A stretch of DNA of 60,582 nucleotides, filler included. It is 9 parts of 9 records of this genome, joined end to end, with 100 filler letters (N's around TTAATTAATTAA, not from the genome) between each part and the next. Parts side by side here need not be neighbours in the genome. Positions count along the whole stretch, not along the records: positions 12,414 to 23,343 come from SRR31156797_31478; positions 23,444 to 28,477 come from SRR31156797_31503; positions 28,578 to 34,007 come from SRR31156797_31512; 6 more parts are not named here. The stretch is one strand, 5' to 3'. The notes below the pieces were generated by a model, which ran no database searches, was not told where the DNA came from, and saw only the letters and a list, made by a program, of their open reading frames with translations. Position numbers and translations under genes: made by a program. This document shows, piece by piece, positions 21,072 to 29,407 of this stretch (positions are counted from its first letter, which is position 1; every line of letters starts with the position of its first letter).

Positions 21072-21686
21072 TTACAACAGGGAATTTCGCTTTTTCTTTT
21101 TGGCGCTCATGCCCAGCAGGATTCCAGCCACCAGCACACCGGCGCCGCTCAGAAACCACTTGATGTCCTCGTTTCCAAGGCTCTTTTCAAGGGCGGCAAT
21201 GTGCTCCCGCTGCTCTTGGAATCCCTTGGTGGCCTTCTCGTATTTCTGTTCCAGGGCCAGAAAATCGGCGGACTCCTTTTTCAACAACGCATAGGATTTC
21301 TCAAGGTTCCGCAGTTTTGCCCGGGTGCCGGAGAGCTCGGCATTCTCGGTCTTCAACCGTGCCACCAGGTCGGAAAGCTCCGAGTTCTTCTTCCTGAGCC
21401 CGTCCACCAGAAGCACCACCGGCACCTCGGGCGTGACAAAACGGGTCAGCACCCACCCTTCCCTGCCCTTGGAAGAGCGCACATGGGACCAGTCATCGTT
21501 TTTTTCCATGATCTCAAGCCGGTCCCCCGACTTGACCATGGTGACGATCTTGTGATCCACTCCCGGACCGGTCCGCATGGTGATCTTCATCACGCCCTTG
21601 ACATAAACCGTTTCGGCCAGGGCGCTCCCGGCAACCAGTATCAGAAAAGCCGCAACAAGGGCTGGAAGTTTCGCTATCGATTTCAC
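21072..21686 (-). CDS. SH3 domain - coiled coil - C-terminal TM protein (YgiM/TIGR04211-like)
   Basis: GAGGAG RBS + GTG at 21686; signal peptide, MRTGPG, EGWV, WFLSGAGVLVAGILLG + basic tail. Confidence 0.85.
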   Translation of the reverse strand: MKSIAKLPALVAAFLILVAGSALAETVYVKGVMKITMRTGPGVDHKIVTMVKSGDRLEIMEKNDDWSHVRSSKGREGWVLTRFVTPEVPVVLLVDGLRKKNSELSDLVARLKTENAELSGTRAKLRNLEKSYALLKKESADFLALEQKYEKATKGFQEQREHIAALEKSLGNEDIKWFLSGAGVLVAGILLGMSAKKKKRNSLL

Positions 21687-21854
21687 CGTTGTTCTCCTCA
21701 ATTTTGTTACAGATATCTCCCCTTCCGGGAGGCTGACACCTTTCATTAGCATTGCCGGGAGAATTGATCAATACCAATACCAAAATAAAAAACCGGAAAA
21801 AAAACAGAGTTCCCCCTGCTTTCATCCCGGTTTTCTTATTTGTTCAGCGTACCT

Positions 21855-22490
21855 TTATGCAACCGTTTTTTTCCTGATCCCCATCACTCCGACCAGGCCG
21901 GAACCCAGAAGCCACACGGCCGCCGGCACAGGGGTGCTGATAGGATCTGCAACAAACCACCCCCCATAGACTCCCTCGTCAATGGGATCCACCAATGGAA
22001 GCGTAAGCTCCATGCTGCCTTTCCTAAATGAGGTGCCACCATAGAATTCAACCATGGTTTCCGTGCCGTCACGATCCAAGGCGATGCCTGCGATGCCTTT
22101 GAGGTCTTCAAATACAGAGCCTTTGTCGGCCAAGAACGTTACCATGGGCGTTACCCCATATGATAGAAACCCTTTATCGATCAAAGTGTCAAACCCCTTT
22201 GTCGCTAATTGATAAACTTCATCTGTGGTTGCGATTCTCCATCCATTGTGATTGAAACCTTCCGGCGTATAACCGTTAATATCACTGATATTCTTCACCG
22301 GAACCGGATCCGCAAACCATAACAAATCCGTGGTATCGTCATAAACAGCGTTTAACGTTATCGGTATTATAGGCGGAGGCGTTTCCATCGAATTTTCCGA
22401 GCCACTATATGATCCACTGAAAGATGCGTTTACCGGTGCTGCTAAAAAGAATAAAAACAGTGCAACAAGGACACACAGAAACTTTTTCAT
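21855..22490 (-). CDS. VPLPA-CTERM (PEP-CTERM variant) exosortase-targeted surface protein
   Basis: Signal peptide; C-terminal PVPAAVWLLGSGLVGVMGIRKK. Confidence 0.9.
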   Translation of the reverse strand: MKKFLCVLVALFLFFLAAPVNASFSGSYSGSENSMETPPPIIPITLNAVYDDTTDLLWFADPVPVKNISDINGYTPEGFNHNGWRIATTDEVYQLATKGFDTLIDKGFLSYGVTPMVTFLADKGSVFEDLKGIAGIALDRDGTETMVEFYGGTSFRKGSMELTLPLVDPIDEGVYGGWFVADPISTPVPAAVWLLGSGLVGVMGIRKKTVA

Positions 22491-22520
22491 AGCATTCTCC
22501 CTTTAAATAGTAAGTTAAAA

Positions 22521-22560
22521 ATAAGAAAAGCCGGGTCACCAGAATGGCAACCCGGCTTTC
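22521..22560 (-). terminator. Intrinsic terminator overlapping the riboswitch 3' strand (expression platform)
   Basis: Minus strand AAAGCCGGGTTGCCA-ttc-TGGTGACCCGGCTTT followed by TCTTATTTTT. Confidence 0.88.
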
Positions 22561-22620
22561 TTAAACAATTAAGACCCGTGGCTTTCCGACCCCATTTTAC
22601 AACGGGTGTGGCTTTTGGAG
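22540..22620 (-). ncRNA. Cyclic di-GMP-I (GEMM) riboswitch aptamer
   Basis: Minus strand AAAAGCCACAC-CCGTT-GTAA-AATGG-GGTCGGAAAGCCACGGGTCTTAA-ttgt-TTAAGAAAGCCGGGTTGCC: P2 with GNRA loop, CGGAAAGC junction, P3 and GGTTGCC 3' end fit the GEMM-I pattern; lies in a 5' UTR. Confidence 0.88.
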
Positions 22621-22628
22621 CAATACCT

Positions 22629-23123
22629 TTATACCCCATCAGCACAAGCTTCCGCCCCGATTTTCTTGCTCATTTCAAGCATTCTATTGCTATTTCCTAT
22701 CAATATTTTGCGGTCTCGAAAAACCACACACAAAACCAACCGGAAAGTCTTCCACCTGGAACCGTCATCACCGGAATGGTCCGACCACCCAACGACCTGG
22801 CCGTGATTATTGATACCCTCCGCAGAACTTCTGTGATTATTGATATCCTTTCCAATGGACAGGCTTCCCCCCGGCAAAGTACCAAGACCTTTAATGGGGC
22901 TGTTTTTAGATGTGACCACCGCCTGCCGGGTCTCGGAGACAGTAAATGTTCCGGCTACCTGGCCGCTGTCGTTAATACCGCCGCCACCGAAAAAATAACC
23001 GCCAAGATCGAAGACCTGGTAAGTGGTACAGTGCCCTGGGGCACTACCGATCACCAGCGAGACAAAAAAGGTAAAGATTGATGCCAAACTCGATTTCATT
23101 GCAGTTTGCAGATTCATTTTCAT
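22629..23123 (-). pseudogene. Truncated HAF-repeat (extracellular repeat) secreted protein
   Basis: Signal peptide, YQVFDLG, GINDSGQVAG, LGTLPGG, GINNHGQVVGWS; only about two repeats, then reads into unrelated leader sequence. Confidence 0.65.
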
Positions 23124-23172
23124 GATTTTTCTCCTCCTTCATTTTTAACTGTATTTCTCCTCCAAGGCATTT

Positions 23173-23204
23173 GGGCCCTGTTCCTGACAGAACAAACAGG
23201 GCCC
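23173..23204. terminator. Hairpin after the dockerin-like gene
   Basis: GGGCCCTGTT ... AACAGGGCCC inverted repeat; no clear U tract. Confidence 0.5.
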
Positions 23205-23228
23205 CCGATTTTGATCCGTGATCACAAA

Positions 23229-23342
23229 CTACTTAAACGGGGCCGCCTGTCCCCACCGTTTTTTTAAAATCTGGAAATCCCGGCCGTTCACCTTGAAATC
23301 GCCGTTGAAATCAACATCGGGATTCCAGTTGGAACTTGAGGG
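23229..23342 (-). CDS. 3' end of a protein with a dockerin-like/EF-hand Ca-binding motif
   Basis: Hand translation PSSSNWNPDVDFNGDFKVNGRDFQILKKRWGQAAPFK*; DxNxDxxVNxxD pattern. Confidence 0.65.
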   Translation of the reverse strand, partial: PSSSNWNPDVDFNGDFKVNGRDFQILKKRWGQAAPFK

Positions 23343-23343
23343 T

Positions 23344-23443
23344 NNNNNNNNNNNNNNNNNNNNNNNNNNNNNNNNNNNNNNNNNNNNTTAATTAATTAAN
23401 NNNNNNNNNNNNNNNNNNNNNNNNNNNNNNNNNNNNNNNNNNN
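23344..23443. other. Artificial contig linker
   Basis: Same 100-bp spacer. Confidence 0.99.
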
Positions 23444-24230
23444 GATTGTTTTTGTTGGTGTTCATTTTATGGCCGAAACGGCAAAAATTATTAATCCCTC
23501 AAAAAAAGTTATTCTCCCCGATTTAAAAGCCAGCTGTTCGCTTGCCGAATCGGCACCGGCAGATAAATTTGCTGAATTTAAAGCTCAATATCCCAATCAC
23601 AAAGTAGTAACCTACATAAATGCAACAGCTGCATTAAAAACCATGTCCGATATTGTTTGTACATCGGCAAATGCCAAACAAATAGTCGACAGCTTTCCAA
23701 AAGATCAGAAACTCATTTTTGCCCCTGATAAAAATTTGGGGAATTACATAAACAATATCACCGGTCGCGAAATGGTGCTTTGGGATGGTGCATGCATGGT
23801 TCATGAACAATATTCGGTTGAAAAAATTGCAGATTTAATGGACGAACTTCCAGAAGCTGAATTTATCGCTCATCCCGAATGTGAAAAACCTGTTTTATTA
23901 TTAGCAAAACATATTGGTTCAACAACTTCGCTTTTAAATTACGTTCAGAAAAGTGACAGTAAAAAATTTATTGTTGCTACAGAAAGTGGCATTCTGCACC
24001 AAATGACAAAAGCATGTCCCGATAAAATATTCATTCCGGCACCTTCTGTCGATTCTACATGTGGATGTAACGATTGTTCGTATATGAAACTAAACAATTT
24101 ACAGAAATTATACATTTGTATGAAATATGAACAACCTGAAGTTATCCTTTCTGACGATGTAATCGAGAAAGCCAAAATCCCAATTCAGCGAATGCTTGAA
24201 ATTTCAAAACAATTCAAACAAAAATTATAA
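23444..24230 (+). CDS. nadA: Quinolinate synthase (5' truncated)
   Basis: GVHFMAETAKI, SCSLA, VVTYIN, CMVHE, AHPEC, CSYMK. Confidence 0.95.
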
Positions 24231-24231
24231 T

Positions 24232-25887
24232 TTACTGTAAAACCGGTTGAATAGCAATAGAGTCTGACAAACTAATATTTTCAACCAATAAATTTTGCTG
24301 CGAAATTTCAATTGCTTTCAACAACGTTTTATCAATTTTTTTAATGATGGGATAAAACCCTTCTTCTCCAATAATATTTCTCGAAATATATGCTTTTAAC
24401 TGTGTGTTAATTATAAATCCTGAGATTTTTAAATCGCTTTCATTTTCAGGAACACCTTCTTCAGCAGCGTATTTAATAAACTCTTTTAAAACACTATTTT
24501 CATCCAAATAATTATCAAACTCTTCAGCTCGAGTAAATGCGGTTAATACTTCTCTGTTTCTATCGGCATAAGAATATGCAAAAGAATAAATTAAACCTTT
24601 TCGGTAAATAAGATTAAAATACTCCGAATTCCCGATAGTATCAACCGGCACAAAAAAGTCGGGCATTATTCCGCCTCCCCCGTAAACTGTTCTGCCACCT
24701 TTTGTAGTATATTTAAGCGAATCGGCAAAATGAATACTATCGGCAATAAGTTGTTCCATGCTATGAAACCGCTGATAAATATTATTATAATAATCTTCAC
24801 TTCCGTTTTCATAAGAACTTTGAATACACCTTCCGCTTGGTGTATAAAACCGGGCCACAGTTAACCGTAACGCTGAACCATCCATTAAAGGAATCTGTTC
24901 CTGAACCAAACCTTTCCCAAACGACCGACGGCCAATTACAATTCCTCTGTCGTTATCCTGCATTGCACCGGCAAAAATTTCGCTTGCCGAAGCCGAGGAT
25001 TCATCAATCATTACATAAACTTTCATGTCCTTCCAGCTGTTTTTCCCGGAAGCATTATATGTTTTTCGTGCCTGATTTATTCCTTCGGTATATAAAATAG
25101 GCTCACCCTTTTCCAGAAATTCATCTACCATTTGCAAAACACCGACCAACGAACCACCCGGATTTTGGCGCAAGTCAATAATTACTTTCGATGCTCCTGT
25201 TGAAGAAAGCTTCTCCATTCCTTCCATAAATTCATTGTATGTGGTGTTTGCAAACCGGCTGATTTTTATGAATCCGGTTTTTTCATCAATCATGTATGAA
25301 ACATCAACACTGAAGATTGGAATATCGCCACGTGTAATTTCAAATTCCAACTCATCGTTGTACCCTTTGCGCAATACACCCACCTTTACTTTTGAGTTTT
25401 TTTCTCCCCGGAGAAGATTTAATACCGTATTGTTTTGAACATTTACACCTGCAATTATCGAGTCGTTTACCCTAATTATTCTATCGCCGGCCAATACACC
25501 AACTTTGCTGGAAGGGCCACCCGAAACCACTTCAATAACTCTTACTGTATCTTCCTGAACTGAAAACTGAACACCAATACCCGAGAAATTCCCCTGCATC
25601 TCTTCCTGCACTTCCTGCATATTTCGAGCCGGGATATAAGAAGTATGAGGATCGAGATTTTTAAGAATTTCAGGAATCGTATTTTCAACAATATCACCCG
25701 TATTTACACTATCAACATAACCCTGTTCTATTAAATCAAGAATTGTTGCCAGCTTATTGGGTTTACTAAAATTCATCCCGTTAAAAACCGGTTGGCTGTT
25801 GTTTTTCATTACATTGCCAATAACAATTCCTCCGGCTATTGCAACGGCTATTATTAAGGGTAAAAATAATGTCAATTTTCTGTTCAT
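24232..25887 (-). CDS. S41 carboxyl-terminal protease
   Basis: LDPH, DLRQNPGG, SASASEIFAGAMQD, FGKGLVQ, GGGIMPD. Confidence 0.94.
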   Translation of the reverse strand: MNRKLTLFLPLIIAVAIAGGIVIGNVMKNNSQPVFNGMNFSKPNKLATILDLIEQGYVDSVNTGDIVENTIPEILKNLDPHTSYIPARNMQEVQEEMQGNFSGIGVQFSVQEDTVRVIEVVSGGPSSKVGVLAGDRIIRVNDSIIAGVNVQNNTVLNLLRGEKNSKVKVGVLRKGYNDELEFEITRGDIPIFSVDVSYMIDEKTGFIKISRFANTTYNEFMEGMEKLSSTGASKVIIDLRQNPGGSLVGVLQMVDEFLEKGEPILYTEGINQARKTYNASGKNSWKDMKVYVMIDESSASASEIFAGAMQDNDRGIVIGRRSFGKGLVQEQIPLMDGSALRLTVARFYTPSGRCIQSSYENGSEDYYNNIYQRFHSMEQLIADSIHFADSLKYTTKGGRTVYGGGGIMPDFFVPVDTIGNSEYFNLIYRKGLIYSFAYSYADRNREVLTAFTRAEEFDNYLDENSVLKEFIKYAAEEGVPENESDLKISGFIINTQLKAYISRNIIGEEGFYPIIKKIDKTLLKAIEISQQNLLVENISLSDSIAIQPVLQ

Positions 25888-25899
25888 GGCTTTGCTTGT

Positions 25900-26328
25900 T
25901 TAATCAATTTCTACCTGCTCCACTTCAATATTTGCTCTTCTTAACAAATTTATCCCATCCTCAATACGATAATTTTCAGTAAAAACTACCCGTTTTATAC
26001 CTGCCTGAATAATTAATTTTGAACACTCTAAACAAGGCGAAGAAGTAACATATAAAGTTGCACCATCGCTGCTGTTATTCGATTTGGCTACTTTTGTAAT
26101 TGCATTGGCTTCGGCATGCAAAACATACGGTTTTGTTTTGTTTTCTTCATCTTCACAAACATTTTCAAATCCAGCAGGCGTTCCGTTGTAGCCATCCGAA
26201 ATAATCATCTTATCTTTTATGAGAAGCGCCCCAACTTGTCTTCTTTTACAATAAGAATTTTGTGCCCAAATATCGGCCATTTTTAAATAGCGTTGATCAA
26301 GTAATTGTTGTTTTCTGTTTTTTTCCAT
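25900..26328 (-). CDS. dCMP deaminase (ComEB family)
   Basis: GYNG, HAEANAI, SPCLECSK zinc motifs. Confidence 0.93.
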   Translation of the reverse strand: MEKNRKQQLLDQRYLKMADIWAQNSYCKRRQVGALLIKDKMIISDGYNGTPAGFENVCEDEENKTKPYVLHAEANAITKVAKSNNSSDGATLYVTSSPCLECSKLIIQAGIKRVVFTENYRIEDGINLLRRANIEVEQVEID

Positions 26329-26373
26329 TAGCTGTTTCTTACAAAATGGGTATTATTTTCATGAAATGGATTA

Positions 26374-26381
26374 CAAATGTA
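26374..26381 (-). promoter_or_regulatory. Bacteroidota -7 promoter element
   Basis: TACATTTG (TAnnTTTG) on the minus strand upstream of the deaminase; the same octamer lies at 59649-59656 upstream of the 59622 gene. Confidence 0.55.
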
Positions 26382-26505
26382 ATATTGATTTTATATAAAT
26401 TGTTCATTCTAAAAAGAAACCCAAAGAGATATAAGCTTAAATTTGAATTCTTTAACATTCTCCAAACGAATTTTTAAACAGAATCCTAATCTCGCTTCTT
26501 TTTAC

Positions 26506-26533
26506 AAAAAAACGCCACTTAAATTAGTGGCGT
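26506..26533 (-). terminator. Intrinsic terminator after the SPOR gene
   Basis: ACGCCACT-loop-AGTGGCGT with a T run on the minus strand. Confidence 0.75.
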
Positions 26534-26567
26534 GTGATAATATGAAGATTGTTATGAATTGATAAAT

Positions 26568-27047
26568 TTATTCTTTAACCAAAAGCCAGATATCGGAGTA
26601 TTTTGGAAAAGCTTGTCGAACCTGTGCAATTCGGCTGCGTGCTTCATTCTCATTTTTGAATGAATTTGTACACACCCGATAATAACCGGTTTCGCTGTGC
26701 AGGATAATTGGTGTAAAACCCTCATCAAGCAATGTTCCCCGGTAATTTTTAGCATTTTCAAGTTGGCTGAATGAACCAATAATAACAAAATACTTATTGG
26801 TTTCATTATTTGTGCGATCTTCCTGCTGAGTAAACGAGATTTGTTCTGAACGAACTGCAATTGGTTGTTCATCGGCAATTTTTGTAACCTCAGGTTGAGT
26901 AATTTCTGTATCGCTTGCAGGCACCGAAAATACTTTTGGTTGTGCTGTAGGATCTGTAGTATAAGGAGATTCTGCAGCTTGTTTTGTAGTTTTACACGAT
27001 GCAAAAGCAAATACAGTTACAATGGTAATTAATAGTAGTCTGTTCAT
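26568..27047 (-). CDS. SPOR domain lipoprotein
   Basis: Lipobox FASC; YFVIIGSF...NA...YYRV SPOR pattern. Confidence 0.88.
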   Translation of the reverse strand: MNRLLLITIVTVFAFASCKTTKQAAESPYTTDPTAQPKVFSVPASDTEITQPEVTKIADEQPIAVRSEQISFTQQEDRTNNETNKYFVIIGSFSQLENAKNYRGTLLDEGFTPIILHSETGYYRVCTNSFKNENEARSRIAQVRQAFPKYSDIWLLVKE

Positions 27048-27166
27048 ATTGTTTTGTTTTTCATTCTAAAATTGAGCTAAGTTACATAAAACAACTACGC
27101 CCGTTTTTACCATTAAACGTAAGTTTTGAACAGGGTATTGTTTGCAAATGAAAGATTTTAATTCTT

Positions 27167-27448
27167 TTAACACCTTCTTTTTTGTGCTCCGGCACCACCG
27201 CTTCCGAAAAACATCATCACACCCAGTAAAAACCCAAAGTCGTACCAACCGCCTGAATTTGGAAATGCATAAACCGTATAATCGGTAAATAAACTTCCAA
27301 TAAAGCTAAACAGGATAATAAATCCATGAAATACACCTTTTAAAAAACCTGGAGGATCGGCCAATTCACCAATTGAATGATTTGCACAACCCGAAAAAAG
27401 AATAACAACGCCAATTAATAGCAACCAAACAAATCTCGACTTTTTCAT
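27167..27448 (-). CDS. Small membrane lipoprotein of unknown function
   Basis: Lipobox FSGC; GFLKGVFHG...FIGSLF...WYDFGFLLG. Confidence 0.75.
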   Translation of the reverse strand: MKKSRFVWLLLIGVVILFSGCANHSIGELADPPGFLKGVFHGFIILFSFIGSLFTDYTVYAFPNSGGWYDFGFLLGVMMFFGSGGAGAQKRRC

Positions 27449-27556
27449 TTCATAATTTATTGTTTCACATTCCCCTTTATAAAATGCATTTCTTTACAAA
27501 ACAGATATGTAAAAATTTGTTCTATGAAATTACAATAAATGCAAGATTATTAAAAA

Positions 27557-28381
27557 TCAATTTATAATTTGCTCTTTTAAGTATTGAATAAATTCAGGAG
27601 AATTCAACTCTTTATTGAGCATAACAAAATGCGGATTAGCGAGAATTGGTTTATTATACGTAAGTGGTAAAAAGTTATCATGTCGTAGAACAGCTCCCCC
27701 ACACTCCTCAACCATTAATTGCCCCGGAGCAGTATCCCACTCCGAACATGGACCAGCTTTCATATACATATCGGCCTGTCCTAGAACCATTGTAATTTGT
27801 TTTATTGAACTGCCTTTTTGAATAATTTCAACAGAATATTTTTCCCTTATTTTATCAATTATTTCTTTTTCGCGGGGCTTAAAAAACGAACGACTTGTGG
27901 TAATTCGAAGTTTCCCTGAATTTGCTTCTACGCTATCTAATTTATGTTTTATCCCTGTTTTATCAAATTCAAAAACTCCTTTTCCTTTTTTTGAATACCA
28001 TCCACTACCAGAAACCGGTTGATAAATCCACCCTTCTTCCGGATTTCCATTTTTTATTCGTGCCAGGTTAATACAGAATTCTCCGTTGTGTTTAATAAAT
28101 TCTTTCGTCCCATCTAAAGGATCAATTAAAAAAAACTCTTCCCAGCTTTTACGTTCGTTATATTCCGGAATATTTGTTTCTTCATCTAAAATTGGAATCG
28201 ATGGGAAAAGGCTTTCTAATCCATTATTTATTATCTTGCTGGAAGCTTTATCGGCAGTTGTTACGGGAGAATTATCGGATTTAATTGCAGTCGAAAAATC
28301 ACTGGATTCATAAAACTCAAGAATTTTTTCTCCGGCATCAACTAAAATATTAAACACAAATTTTAAATCAGACTTATTCAT
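27557..28381 (-). CDS. cysQ: 3'(2'),5'-bisphosphate nucleotidase
   Basis: KSDNSPVTTAD, DPLDGTKEF, EWDTA. Confidence 0.93.
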   Translation of the reverse strand: MNKSDLKFVFNILVDAGEKILEFYESSDFSTAIKSDNSPVTTADKASSKIINNGLESLFPSIPILDEETNIPEYNERKSWEEFFLIDPLDGTKEFIKHNGEFCINLARIKNGNPEEGWIYQPVSGSGWYSKKGKGVFEFDKTGIKHKLDSVEANSGKLRITTSRSFFKPREKEIIDKIREKYSVEIIQKGSSIKQITMVLGQADMYMKAGPCSEWDTAPGQLMVEECGGAVLRHDNFLPLTYNKPILANPHFVMLNKELNSPEFIQYLKEQIIN

Positions 28382-28477
28382 ACTAAACCATTCCTTTTCG
28401 TAAAATTACCAGATGAATACCAAATGAAAAAATCGGGACAACCCAGCCAATCATAATTTAATTGTTTCTTTACAATA

Positions 28478-28577
28478 NNNNNNNNNNNNNNNNNNNNNNN
28501 NNNNNNNNNNNNNNNNNNNNNTTAATTAATTAANNNNNNNNNNNNNNNNNNNNNNNNNNNNNNNNNNNNNNNNNNNN
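28478..28577. other. Artificial contig linker
   Basis: Same 100-bp spacer. Confidence 0.99.
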
Positions 28578-28778
28578 AGAAAACGGAATAAAGCTCTTGA
28601 GGTAGTATTTCGTCTTACCCGCATCACGCCCTGTTGTTGCGGTCTTGGGGTAGATGGACAAAATGTCGTGGATCGGCGTGCCGAGGCTCTCAAACTCAGA
28701 GAGTTCGTACTTAGTGGTAGGATCTTTGAATATACGGTCGATAATCTCTTTCGTGTTCAAAGTTTGTTTTTCATTCAT
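28578..28778 (-). CDS. 5' end of a cargo gene, possibly a restriction-modification N6-methylase/endonuclease fusion
   Basis: Only about 67 aa visible (MNEKQTLNTKEIIDRIFKDPTTKYELSEFE...); the family call is from recollection of similar N-termini, no catalytic motif visible. Confidence 0.4.
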
Positions 28779-28803
28779 GGCGCGTTGTCGTACCCCCAAG
28801 CCC

Positions 28804-29223
28804 CTACTTGACGCGTTTATCTACACCCCTATCACAGCGTGTATGGCCATTACGATATTGAATTAAAAGGTACTCGTTACGCTTCCTCCTCCGCAAGTGT
28901 CGTCCCATTGGCTTCGGCGGATTCTCGCATTCGTCCAAAATTCGAATGACATCGTCCCCAGTCGCGTTAACCCAGTCCTGGCATATCTTCTGGAAACCTC
29001 GTGTCTTTCCCAGGTTCCGCATTTCCCACCACTCCACGAGCTTGGCGGGCTGCCAGTAGAGTTGATTGTTGAGGTAGGTCTTCCTGTCAATAGGCTTTGG
29101 CCCGTTGCCTGACCGGCCCCAGCGGAGAAGCGTTTTGACATGGACCCCGAGGATGTCGGCGGCAGTTTCCGTCGTCACGGGGTGCCAGGGCGGGATGGTG
29201 CCAAGGTTGGGAACATTTCGCAT
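28804..29223 (-). CDS. MerR/excisionase-type helix-turn-helix protein
   Basis: TTETAADILGVHVKTLLRWGRSGNGP HTH pattern. Confidence 0.75.
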   Translation of the reverse strand: MRNVPNLGTIPPWHPVTTETAADILGVHVKTLLRWGRSGNGPKPIDRKTYLNNQLYWQPAKLVEWWEMRNLGKTRGFQKICQDWVNATGDDVIRILDECENPPKPMGRHLRRRKRNEYLLIQYRNGHTRCDRGVDKRVK

Positions 29224-29224
29224 A

Positions 29225-29374
29225 GCTCACTTCGCTCACATACTCAGATCATCGAACATTATTTCCTTGGCCACCGCGGGGGGGTATTGGAAGGCCCTGA
29301 TTCATCAACAACTTATCTTCAATAGAAGTGAGTAACCTGAGTAAAGTGAGCAGAATCGGCTTAACACATTGATT
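29225..29374. promoter_or_regulatory. Candidate replication origin: two inverted triplets of RCTCAS iterons plus IHF site
   Basis: GCTCAC 29225, GCTCAC 29234, ACTCAG 29242; inverted GTGAGT 29328, CTGAGT 29337, GTGAGC 29346; AATCAATGTGTTA on the minus strand at 29362-29374 matches WATCAANNNNTTR. Confidence 0.65.
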
Positions 29375-29407
29375 TGTAATCCGTTTCATCATCTCACTGC
29401 TTCCGCA

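Noticed and set aside
22618-22640. Sigma54 promoter for the PEP-CTERM leader
   Set aside because: GG and GC are 12 nt apart instead of the required 10
22578-23081. 167-aa plus-strand ORF
   Set aside because: Antisense to the HAF remnant and riboswitch; no motif or RBS support
14012-25887. Two S41 proteases as a gene duplication
   Set aside because: They lie on different contigs from different organisms
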